Position numbers and translations under genes: made by a program | Shown here: positions 52,183 through 61,900 of the stretch, one piece after another | How positions within the stretch are numbered: the first letter of the stretch is position 1 | How the letters are laid out: every line of letters begins with the position of its first letter | Notes under the pieces: model-generated | What the model was told of the DNA's origin: nothing | Database searches by the model: none | What the model saw: only the letters and a program-made list of their open reading frames with translations | NCBI GenBank assembly: GCA_046329115.1 | Contig: JAXLVG010000006.1 | Coordinates: 67,288-131,287, forward strand | Origin: Flavobacteriales bacterium | GTDB taxonomy: Bacteria > Bacteroidota > Bacteroidia > Flavobacteriales_F > PHOS-HE28 | DNA length: 64,000 nt | Reading direction: 5' to 3'

Positions 52183-53437
52183 CGTTCAGGGCATCCAGGA
52201 TGCTGCGGGCCTTCACCTCGCACTCGGCCCATTCGGCCTCCGGGTCGCTCTGGGCCGTGATGGCCCCGCCGGTGAACAGGGACGCACGTCCTGATCGCGC
52301 GTCGTAGGTGATGGTGCGGATCACCACGTTCAGGTCCAGGGTCCCGTCGGGCAGTTGGAAGCCCAGGGCACCGCTGTACAGCCCCCGGGGCGCATCCTCC
52401 ATGGCGTGGATGATCCGCATGGCGCTGGGCTTGGGCGCCCCGGTCATGCTGGCCATGGGGAAGGCTGCCCGCACGGCGTCCCAAGGGGTAAGTTCCGGAC
52501 GCAGTTGGGCCTCCACGGTGCTGACCAATTGATGCACGTTCGGAAAGGTGCGCACTGTACAAAGCTCCGGCACGGTGACGGAGCCCGGCACCGCCACACG
52601 CCCCAGGTCGTTGCGGGCCACGTCCACGGCCATGATGTTCTCGGCCCGGTCCTTCGCGTCGGCGGCCAGTTCGGCACGCATTCGATCATCGGCGGCCGGG
52701 TCGCCATGGCGCGGGCGCGTGCCCTTGATCGGTTGGGTGCGCATCCGGCCGGCCTCCACCCGCAGGAAACGCTCCGGGCTCATGCATACGGCATGGAAGT
52801 ACCCCCTCCGGAAATAGGCCGCATGGGCGGCCCCGGTGCGCTGCAGCAGCCGCGCAAAGAGGGCGAGTGGATCCAGCCCCGGTGCGTTGCACCACCGCTC
52901 CACACAGTAGTTGAGCTCATAGATGTCGCCGCGCTGGATACGCTCAAGGATGGCGCGTACCTGTTGCAAGTAGCGATCCGGCGAGGTGCGCGGTGTCCAC
53001 GCTTCGGGCAAGCGGATCGGTGCGGGCTCGGGGGCCGGACCGGTCAGTGCGTTCAGCACGTCCCGAACATCCGGGTCCAGGTCGGCGTGGCCCGCAGAGC
53101 GGGCTTGAGCCTTATCCACCAGGAACAGGTTCCTGGGCTCCCAGATGGTGGTGGAGCCATGGCCATGGTCCACCGGATGTGGGGGTGGATCCACGGCTAA
53201 CGGCCAGTGATAGTCCAAGGCGACCATGCGACCCGTGGGCCCCACGGGCGCGTCCAGCTCCGAAGCGGCGAGTTGCCGGGAAAGGCCAGCACCAACAACC
53301 CATGCATCCTGGTCTCCGTGGCGGCAGACCATCAGCGGGTCCAAGGCCTTCAATGCCGCCCAATTGATGGTCCTCTCAACGAACAAACGATCGGCGCTCA
53401 CGTGTTCATAAATAACGATGGCCCAAGGTATCCGCAT
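52172..53437 (-). CDS. pabB: Aminodeoxychorismate synthase component I / chorismate-binding protein (start uncertain: ATG 53437 or GTG 53401)
   Basis: GDIYELNY, SPERFL, TQPIKGTRPR, KDRAENIMAVDVARNDL, FPMASMTGAPK, RGLYSGALG, NVVIRT, GGAIT. Confidence 0.85.
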   Translation of the reverse strand: MRIPWAIVIYEHVSADRLFVERTINWAALKALDPLMVCRHGDQDAWVVGAGLSRQLAASELDAPVGPTGRMVALDYHWPLAVDPPPHPVDHGHGSTTIWEPRNLFLVDKAQARSAGHADLDPDVRDVLNALTGPAPEPAPIRLPEAWTPRTSPDRYLQQVRAILERIQRGDIYELNYCVERWCNAPGLDPLALFARLLQRTGAAHAAYFRRGYFHAVCMSPERFLRVEAGRMRTQPIKGTRPRHGDPAADDRMRAELAADAKDRAENIMAVDVARNDLGRVAVPGSVTVPELCTVRTFPNVHQLVSTVEAQLRPELTPWDAVRAAFPMASMTGAPKPSAMRIIHAMEDAPRGLYSGALGFQLPDGTLDLNVVIRTITYDARSGRASLFTGGAITAQSDPEAEWAECEVKARSILDALNDAR

Positions 53438-53645
53438 CGGCAACCCAACGGGAAAGATCCCGTCATCAGGGCGAAGCGGAACCGGGCACAGGACCTGCCT
53501 GAACACCGAACAGCCCTCACAATCACCTATCCGTCAATGCCTTGCAATATTCCCGGAAGCTGCTCGCACAGCTTCACGAGCTTGGGGCGGAACGTGCCCG
53601 GGGGGCTTGGCAAGAGATCCCGGTTCAACTACATTTGACGCTGCC

Positions 53646-54977
53646 ATGAAGAAACCCGTACTCCTTTTACTTGCCGGAATGAGTGCCTCGATGGCCTTCG
53701 GTCAGGCGGCGCGGCTCATCTTCAACACCGGTCTGAGCGACCCGTTCATGGTGTTCTCGCCGACGGGGACCACCACCACCTACCTGGTGGTGGACAACGC
53801 GGCGACCAACGCGATCACGCAGATCCCGGCGGGTTCAGGCAATATCAAGAGCGAGCACGAGAACAACCGCGTGCGCTGGACGAACTTTGGGGGTACAGGT
53901 GCTTATGTGGTACCCTTCACCACCGCGTCCAACGTGAAGATGCCGCTGACGGTGAACAAGACCACGGCCGGTGCTGGTCCTGCTGGTCATGACTCCCTGT
54001 CCTTCGTTTTCGCTACGTACAACCACAGCGTTGCCGCTCTCCCCCCGGCGACCCAGTGGTACAACTACAGCTACATGCCGACCGGCGTTACCCACATGGG
54101 TGACCTGTCCACGGGAACCGTGGACAACTCGGAGAACGCGATCGATCGCTTCTGGATCATCGACCCGCAGCAGGTCAACTACGCGTACACCACCAAGCCG
54201 GATGTGAGCATCACGTTCGCCTATGACATCACGGAGGTTACTGCAGGCAATGGTTTGAACGCGGGTATCACCAATGCTACGCCCATCGGCGCGCAGCGCT
54301 GGAACTCCGCCCTGAACAAGTGGGGGGACATGGTGCCGCAAGGTGTATGGGCCGCCAGCCTCGTTTCCAACGCGGCGATCCCCGGCGCGAACTTCTTCCG
54401 TTCCTGGACCCTGTCGAACATCGCGAGCCCGCTGCCGGTGGAGCTGACGTCTTGGACGGGTGCCTGCGACGGTAAGGATGTGGTGCTGAAGTGGACCACC
54501 GCATCGGAGAACGACAACGCCTTCTTCACCATTGAGAAGAGCAGCGATGGTCAGGCGTGGGTGGAGATCGGCCGCGTGGAGGCCGTGGGCAACAGCAGCA
54601 CCACCACCGAGTACAGCTTCGTGGACGCCAACGCCGGTGGCCTGGCCTACTACCGCCTGTCGCAGACGGACATCAGCGACCGCCGCGAGACCTTCCAGAC
54701 CGTTGCTGCGGGCTGCGAGGCCAACAGCACGGAGATCGTGAACGCGTGGGATGACGGCCAGGTGCTCAACCTGATGGTGAGCTCCACCGAGCCCGGCATC
54801 TACGACCTGACCATGAGCGACGCCCAAGGCAAGGCCATGGTGACCCGTGGCAGCGTGGTGATCAACCAGGGCTTCACACCGCTGGTGATCGCCAAGGAAG
54901 GCATCGCCTCCGGCGCCTACATGGTGACCCTGCAGAACGCGAGCGACGTGATGGTGCGCCGGGTGTTCCTGCACTGA
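53646..54977 (+). CDS. Secreted T9SS cargo: unknown N-terminal domain + PLPVEL Ig-like module + CTD
   Basis: ATG 53646, signal peptide; PLPVELTSWTG..LKWTTASENDNAFFTIEKS.DG..W module; CTD IASGAYMVTL...RRVFLH; TACATTTG box at 53630-53637. Confidence 0.8.
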   Translation: MKKPVLLLLAGMSASMAFGQAARLIFNTGLSDPFMVFSPTGTTTTYLVVDNAATNAITQIPAGSGNIKSEHENNRVRWTNFGGTGAYVVPFTTASNVKMPLTVNKTTAGAGPAGHDSLSFVFATYNHSVAALPPATQWYNYSYMPTGVTHMGDLSTGTVDNSENAIDRFWIIDPQQVNYAYTTKPDVSITFAYDITEVTAGNGLNAGITNATPIGAQRWNSALNKWGDMVPQGVWAASLVSNAAIPGANFFRSWTLSNIASPLPVELTSWTGACDGKDVVLKWTTASENDNAFFTIEKSSDGQAWVEIGRVEAVGNSSTTTEYSFVDANAGGLAYYRLSQTDISDRRETFQTVAAGCEANSTEIVNAWDDGQVLNLMVSSTEPGIYDLTMSDAQGKAMVTRGSVVINQGFTPLVIAKEGIASGAYMVTLQNASDVMVRRVFLH

Positions 54978-54998
54978 ACGCTGATCCACTGAAATGAC

Positions 54999-55022
54999 GA
55001 GGGGCGCTTGCGGGCGCCCCTC
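54999..55022. terminator. Intrinsic terminator between convergent T9SS cargo gene and hemH
   Basis: GAGGGGCGCT-TGCG-GGCGCCCCTC followed by TCCTTTT. Confidence 0.75.
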
Positions 55023-55045
55023 TCCTTTTCACTGCGTTCGCATGG

Positions 55046-56086
55046 TCACCGTTGGATTATGCGCGCGAACGCTTCCACCCAGGCCGGCTCGGCGTTCAAG
55101 CTGGGCACCAGGGTGAGTTGGTCACCGCCGTGCTCCTGGAACAGCTCCGCATACTCCTCACCGATCTCGATCACCGTTTCCAGGCAGTCCGCCACGAAGG
55201 CCGGGCTCACCACCAGCATGCGCTTGATGCCCTTGGCAGGCGCTTCCTTCACGATGGCATCGCTGAACGGCCGAAGCCATCGCTGGTCCAGGCGTGACTG
55301 GAACCCGACTGACCACTGGCCGGACGGAAGACCGACACGCGCGGCGAGGGCCCGTGCAGTAGCGTGGCACTGCATCTTATAGCAGGTGGGGAACGCATCA
55401 TAGGGACCTCGCTCGCACGCACAACCGGTCACAGGTGACTTGTCGAGACGGGTGTCCAGGCTTTTCGCACAAGCGGTGTGCGCACGTTGCACATGCCGGT
55501 CCGGAAGACCGTGGAAGCTGAAGAGCACGTGATCGTAGGTGGACGGTGCACAGGAATGGATGCGCCGGGCAAAGGCATCAAGGAAGCCGGGATCGTCGTG
55601 GAAGGCGGGCACCGTGCGCACGGCGGGAACCACGGCATAGCCGCCGATGATCCGGAAGGCCTCCTGCAGGGCGGTGCCGGTGGCCGCGCTCGAATACTGG
55701 GGGAACATCGGTACGATGACGATCTCCTTCACCCGTTCCTTCATGAGGCGATCGATGGCCCCGGACAGGGAGGGGCTTTGATAGCGCATGGCGAGGAGCA
55801 CCAGGTGATCGTCCCCCAGTCTAGCCTGCAGCGCCCGGGCCAGGGCCTCGCCGTGCACGATGAGCGGGGAACCGGCCGGTGTCCACAGCTTGCGGTAGGC
55901 CTTGGCGCTTTTAGGCGCACGGAACGGTGCGATGATGCCGTTGACCAGGAGCTTTCGCGCGGCCCAGGGCAGGTCGATCACCCGGCCATCACCCAGGAAC
56001 TCGCGGAGGTACTTGCGGACATCACCGACGGACGTGCTGTCCGGCGTTCCAACGTTGATGAGCAGGACCCCGGTGCGTGGCTTCAT
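55046..56086 (-). CDS. hemH: Ferrochelatase
   Basis: LLINVGTPD, YLREFLGD, PMFPQYS, FSFHGLP, FQSRL, AFVADCLETVIEI. Confidence 0.95.
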   Translation of the reverse strand: MKPRTGVLLINVGTPDSTSVGDVRKYLREFLGDGRVIDLPWAARKLLVNGIIAPFRAPKSAKAYRKLWTPAGSPLIVHGEALARALQARLGDDHLVLLAMRYQSPSLSGAIDRLMKERVKEIVIVPMFPQYSSAATGTALQEAFRIIGGYAVVPAVRTVPAFHDDPGFLDAFARRIHSCAPSTYDHVLFSFHGLPDRHVQRAHTACAKSLDTRLDKSPVTGCACERGPYDAFPTCYKMQCHATARALAARVGLPSGQWSVGFQSRLDQRWLRPFSDAIVKEAPAKGIKRMLVVSPAFVADCLETVIEIGEEYAELFQEHGGDQLTLVPSLNAEPAWVEAFARIIQR

Positions 56087-56134
56087 GCGGATGGCTTTGT
56101 TGCCGGCGCGCGACCGGCGGAAAGGGCGGCAAAA

Positions 56135-57826
56135 CTACCCGGGGGTGGGCTTGGCGGACCGCCGGATGAACGGGAAGAACACGCGCGCGAACAAGAGCAG
56201 GACCCCGAGCCAGGCGCAGCAGCGGCCGAGCAGGTCGCCATGCCGAAGGAAAAAGGTCTGTTCATCGCTCGGATGGATGGTGCCCCGGAGGGCGGTACGC
56301 TGCCACCACCCGGTGGCCTGCGTGATGCGTCCCTCGGCATCAACGAAGCAACTGATGCCCGTGTTCGCTGCGCGGGCGATCGGCCGGCGCGTCTCGATGG
56401 CACGCAGCCTTCCCAACGCCAGGTGCTGCCGATAGCCGGGCGAAGTGCCCCACCAACCATCGTTGGTGATCACCACGAGCAGGTTGGCTCCCCGCCGCAC
56501 GTGATCGGCGATGTGATCGCCGAACACGCTCTCATAGCAGATCGCAGGGACGGCACGCACCCTTCCGTCGTCCGTGGTGAACACCGGGCGGTCCGGGCCG
56601 TGGCCCAGCGTGCCGCTCGTGCCTCCCAGATCGATACTGATGCCCCCCAGCGGTGCCAGAAGCCATTGGAAGGGCATGAGCTCCACCCCGACCACGAGCT
56701 TCGATTTGTGGTAGGATGCCCAGTCGCCATCGGCCTGCACATGCATGGCCGCATTGAAGAAGTCGTAGGCCCCACCGCCATCCTCAAGGGGACGTGCGGT
56801 GGCGGAGGCCGGAGTGCCGGGCGGGTAGTACAGTGCGGACGACATGCCGGCGATCACATCCGCCGGATGCGCGGCCTGGAACCGCCGGATGGCCCGGTAA
56901 CTCGCGGAACGCGTCATGTCGTTCTCCCACAATCCGAACAGTTCGGTGGGGCCGTTACGGCGATCGAGGTAGGTGGATTCCTGGAGCGCCGTTTCCGGGA
57001 TCACCACCAATGCCGTGGTATCCGTGGCCGCATCCGCTGCCAGGTCCAACATCACGCGCAGCTGCTCCAAGGGGTCCGTGCCACCGAATTTCTCCGTGTA
57101 CGGATCGATGTTGGGCTGCACCAGCACCACTTCCACACCCCTGCCCGCAGTGCGCGCGTCGCGCTGGTGCAGGATGCGTTGCGAGAACAGCAGGGGCAGC
57201 GCCAGCAAGGCGCCGACCGCAAGCACCCACGGCAGCGCCGCACGTCCACCTTGCGCACGTACGGACCGGACAGCGCGCTCCGCGAAGAGGTTCACCACCC
57301 AGACCCACAGCGTACCGCCTGCCACACCGGTCCATTCATACCACTGCACCCAACCGGTGCGCGTGGCGAACACATTGCCCAAGCTCAACCAGGGCCACTG
57401 CAGATCCCAGTCGTAGTGCAGATGCTCGAACCCAAGCCAGGCCACCACCAGCGCCGTTCTTCCTGCGTTGGCTCCGAAGGTGCGCCATGCCCACCGTGCG
57501 ATCCACCAGGGGATCACCATGAGCGCGGCGTTAGCCGTCATGGGAAAGCCGCCGGACAGGAGCCGGGTGGACCAGGACTCCTGCACCAGGCCCAGCCAGT
57601 AAGTGGTGGCCGCGTTCCAGATGAACATGCCCAGGTAGACGCGCCACAGCAGTGCACGGGCCGGACGCTCGGCGGATGGGCCTTCGCAGGCCGCGCGCAA
57701 GAGCCACAACAGCGGAACAAAGCCGATGAACACCAGCGGCGTCAGGGAGCCCGTTGCCGTCCACGCAAGCGTGAGCAATGCACCGGTGAGCGCTGCAAGG
57801 AGCGAATCGCGTGCGGCAGGAGGCAT
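56135..57826 (-). CDS. lnt: Apolipoprotein N-acyltransferase
   Basis: TM N-terminus, VQPNI, IPETA (Glu), YHKSKLV (Lys), AICYESVF (Cys), TNDGWWG, RAIETRR, ANTGIS. Confidence 0.9.
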   Translation of the reverse strand: MPPAARDSLLAALTGALLTLAWTATGSLTPLVFIGFVPLLWLLRAACEGPSAERPARALLWRVYLGMFIWNAATTYWLGLVQESWSTRLLSGGFPMTANAALMVIPWWIARWAWRTFGANAGRTALVVAWLGFEHLHYDWDLQWPWLSLGNVFATRTGWVQWYEWTGVAGGTLWVWVVNLFAERAVRSVRAQGGRAALPWVLAVGALLALPLLFSQRILHQRDARTAGRGVEVVLVQPNIDPYTEKFGGTDPLEQLRVMLDLAADAATDTTALVVIPETALQESTYLDRRNGPTELFGLWENDMTRSASYRAIRRFQAAHPADVIAGMSSALYYPPGTPASATARPLEDGGGAYDFFNAAMHVQADGDWASYHKSKLVVGVELMPFQWLLAPLGGISIDLGGTSGTLGHGPDRPVFTTDDGRVRAVPAICYESVFGDHIADHVRRGANLLVVITNDGWWGTSPGYRQHLALGRLRAIETRRPIARAANTGISCFVDAEGRITQATGWWQRTALRGTIHPSDEQTFFLRHGDLLGRCCAWLGVLLLFARVFFPFIRRSAKPTPG

Positions 57827-57886
57827 GCGGGCGAATGTAGGATCCCCGGCGCGGGTGAAAGGGCCGCATCCAGGCGGCGCGCGGCT

Positions 57887-58984
57887 TCAGCGTGTGCCGA
57901 TCCGCTGCCACCGGCCCGCCAGCCCGGCCAAGGGCCCGGCTGCGAGCACGCACAGCAGCGGCCACAGCGGCACGAAGAACCGGCCGCTCCACTCATCGTG
58001 CGTGAGGCCGACGAGCAGCACATGGAGCATCATGCCAAGGAGCATCGGTGGGGCATTCGGCGCATACCTGGAACGCCAGCCACCGACGATGGCCAGAACC
58101 AGCAACGGATAATGCACGGCCAGGAACAGGTTGTGCGGCCATGAGAAGTACGGGCGTGGCCAGGTGAACAGGGACAATACGCGTTCACCGAAAGTGAGGA
58201 GCGCGGCCACAGGGTCGTGCGTGAAGAGCACCTGCTGGGCCGAAAGCACACTGCTGCCGCCGAGCTTCGCTGCGAGACCAGGATGGCGCGGGAAGCCGCA
58301 GATCACATCGCCCTCTGCGATGGGCCGCAGCTGGGCCTCCGGGATGCCGGGCACCAACAGGGCCGCAAGCAGCGCGCAGAGGGAGGCGGCCAGCACGATC
58401 GGCAGTGCGTACCGTGCCGAGCGATCGACGACCAAATGCCACAGGACCACGGGAACCACGAAACAGAACCCGACGGGCCGCGTGAACAACAGCACCACCC
58501 CCAATGCGATGCTCCAGCGGTCGAGGGCCCCTTTGGAGAAGGCGCGTTCCAGGTACAGGAGCAGGACGCTGGCGAAGAAGGACTCGGTGTACAGGGCCGG
58601 CACCCATTGCTGCAGCGGCAGGCACAGGAGCACGAGCACAGTGGTGATGGGAGCAGCGCGTTCAGTCGCGAAGAACACCGCCGACAGCCGACCCGCCGCG
58701 AATGCCGCGAGCACGGCGATCACCGCCTGCACCAAGGCCGCAGCGGCAGGCAGCCCCACCGCCATGAAGGGCACGAGGAAGAGCACATAGGATGCGAACT
58801 TCAGGTAGTTCCCGACGAGGTCGGCCAGGTCGCCGCTCAGCACAGCGTTCGCACACCCGATGTACTTCGCGGCCTCCTTGTCCAGCAGCAGATGGCCCGA
58901 GAGGATCCATCCGGACATGATGAGCAGGAAGGCGGCCGCCACGCCATGGGACAACGCACGGAGGTTCAAGGAGGGCCGCGCCAT
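57887..58984 (-). CDS. Polytopic membrane protein, possibly GT-C fold glycosyltransferase
   Basis: About 10 hydrophobic segments; early acidic DKEAAKY loop, LYTESFF, LLFTRP, and a late HDEWSGRFFVP segment reminiscent of ArnT/PMT-like enzymes. Confidence 0.55.
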   Translation of the reverse strand: MARPSLNLRALSHGVAAAFLLIMSGWILSGHLLLDKEAAKYIGCANAVLSGDLADLVGNYLKFASYVLFLVPFMAVGLPAAAALVQAVIAVLAAFAAGRLSAVFFATERAAPITTVLVLLCLPLQQWVPALYTESFFASVLLLYLERAFSKGALDRWSIALGVVLLFTRPVGFCFVVPVVLWHLVVDRSARYALPIVLAASLCALLAALLVPGIPEAQLRPIAEGDVICGFPRHPGLAAKLGGSSVLSAQQVLFTHDPVAALLTFGERVLSLFTWPRPYFSWPHNLFLAVHYPLLVLAIVGGWRSRYAPNAPPMLLGMMLHVLLVGLTHDEWSGRFFVPLWPLLCVLAAGPLAGLAGRWQRIGTR

Positions 58985-58990
58985 CCAGGC

Positions 58991-61900
58991 TCAGCGCAAC
59001 AGGTACATCTTGCCGAAGCCCTTTGTGAACAGGCCGCCTGCGCTGGTCTCCCGGTACTCGATGTCCTGGCCGTTCAACTGCGCGGTCACCTGGTACAGGT
59101 ATACGCCTTGGGCCAGCCGGTCACCGAAATCATCGGTGCCGTCCCAGGCGAACTCGGTGATGTTCCGACCGATGTGCAACGGCCCGAGGTCGTTGAGCAT
59201 CACCTCCCGGACCACGCGTCCGGTCACGGTCATGATCCGGATGCGCATGGCCGTGGGCGTCTCACTGCCGGTGAGCGTGAACACGAAACGCGTGCTGGTG
59301 GTGAACGGATTGGGGTAGTTGAGCACCTCGGTGATGGTGGGTTTGTTCACCACCTCGAAGCGCACGAACATGTCGCGGTCACCGCTGGAGTTCCCACTGA
59401 TGTCCGATGCCTGCACTTGAAGTGTGTAGATCCCATCCTGCGCGAGAACGGGCCGCCAGAGCGCATGGCAGACGTTCTCGCTGCCCTGGGTGGGGATGAA
59501 CTGGAGCTGCTCCTCGCCGCCCAGGCGGAACCAGACGCGTTCGGGCGTGTTCATGCCCGGGCGGGTCAGGAAGACCTTGATGCGCGTGGTGTCGGTGATG
59601 TCGTCGAACAGCAGGGTGGGGTTCTCATCATCCAGCGTGATCCGGATCTCCGGCCGGGCGCTCACGATGTCGCCGTCCAGGATGTGGATGCCATCGAAGG
59701 TGGCGTCCAGCACGGGGTTCTCCCGGTCGCGGAAGGTCTCGAAGCGCAGCGTGGCGATGTTGTTGAAGTGGTACATCTCCCGCTGGTCATATACCTGGGT
59801 GATGGTATCGCGCGGGTTCGCCTCGATCACCAGCGTGTTCGCGCCGGCCAACCCGGCCAGGTTGAAGCTCACCGTATCCAGCACCACACCGTTGACGGGC
59901 AGCGGTGCGTTGCGCCGCCAGTGCACGGTCTGCCGCTGGTTCTGAGCGTTGGTCACCCAGGCGCCGATCAGCAGGCTGTCCATGGGCGCATCGCTGATGT
60001 TGTGCACCGCCACCATCACGCGCCCCGTCTGCCCCTCGAAGAGACTGTCCACCGAGGAGTAGAACCCGAGCGGTGGATCGATCGCGCACTCCGGGGCCGG
60101 TGAGCCGACCAATTGCCAACGCACCGGTTGCGCCGGTCGGGGATCCGTGAACAGCGTATCGCTGAAGAGCTTCGCCTCCAACTGCAGTCGCTCCAGATCC
60201 AACTGGCTGATGCCGGCGGCCACGAGGTCGAGCGAATCGGTGGAGCTGGCGGACAGCTCGAGCAACGAAGTGGTCTGACCGAAGTCGTCCACCGCATTGA
60301 TGGTGATCCGGGCACTGTCCGAGGGCACGTTGGGGTCGATGCTCCAGTGCAGGGCATCCCAACCGAGGAACGGACCTGCCGGGGGAGCATCCATGAAGCC
60401 AATGTCGCCGGTCACAGGGAGATAGAGGGACGTATCGATCTGCTCGGTCGGGCCACCGAAGATCTCGAACCGCAGCGCGGGATTACCCTTCTGGCAGAAG
60501 AAGATGTAGGGAACCCCGTCCGGCACGGTGCCGGCCGCATACTGTTCGGCACCGAGCGTGGCCAGGGTCGCCGCCAACGGCGAGGCATCGATCGCCGGCC
60601 GGTTCAACCGCACGTAGGTGTACAGCAGCACGTAGCTTCCGTCCGGGATGGAATCACTCAGCGCGTTCGCCAACGCCACCAACCGGCTGGGTTGGTTCTG
60701 TTTGAACATGAAGCGCTTCTGTGATCGGTAGTTGATCACACATCCATTGTCACCACCACCTTCGTCGTTGTTCGCATTGAGAAAGTGCCCGGTGCCCTGC
60801 CAATACGTCGTCCAAGGGATGAAGGTCAGGGGGTCCACCACGGCCAGGTGCAGAGCCGGTTCGCTCGTGCAGCCTCCACCCTCCTGCACCACCAGGTCCT
60901 TGGTCCACTTGCAATTGGCCACACTGCCCCCCTGGGTGATGCAGGCCAGGTTGCGTTCTCCGGTATAGAAGTCCCATTCGCGCTGGGGCCGGTCGTAGAT
61001 TAGGTTGTTGTAGACGTTGTTCTTGAACTGGAAGTAGTGCGCCTGGCCCCAGCCCTTGCGGCCGTTGATGTGCTGGAAGGAGAACTCGCGCCATTCATAC
61101 CCGCCGTTCCCGACGCTGTCGATGGAACAGCGCCAGTAGAACACCAGGCTGTCCTGCAACTGGTTCAGGGAATAGATGGATCCGGGTGTCCAGGAGACCA
61201 CGCCGCCGGGGGCCTGGATGGTGGTCTGCTCCATCACGGGACTGTTGTACAGGTCCGTGGTGTCGATCTGGATCACGTAGGTGCGCACCGGGGCGAAGGG
61301 ATCGCCGGTACTGGCCTGCAGCGTGGGGGCCGGATCGGAGGTGATGGCGAAGTTGAAGGGATCCACCGGCAGCAGGTCACCGGTGGTGATCAGCAAGGGT
61401 TGCGAGGCGCGGTTGTTGGTCTGGTCATCATACTCCGCGATGGCGTCCGGATCGAGGTCCGCGCGCACCTCCACCTGGTTGAGCCCCACCCCGCCGCTGT
61501 CCTGCAGCACAGGCAGGGTGAAGGTGACGGTGTCCTCCCACTGCTGCATCACGTGCTGCTGCAGCACCGGTTGCAGTTCGATGTTCTCCTCGAGCATCCA
61601 GCGCTGTGCGGCCATGCTGAAGGGCGCGCCCGTCCCCTTGCCGATGTTCCGCACGCGGGCCACCACCTTGAAGCTGTCCACGTCGGCCGTCACCGGGTCC
61701 GGCTGGAAGCGCACATCCAAGGGGGTGATCTCCAGTTCAGGCTTGTCCGGTGAGTTCAGGATCACCGTGGGATCACCATGCAAGGTGAACTGCTCCACGC
61801 CGGAGGTCACCGATATGCCGGGGTCCGCCACAAAGAGCGCAGCGGAATCGAGGTAGTGCATGTGCTCACCGATGCTTCCACCATAGTTCACCTCCGTGAA

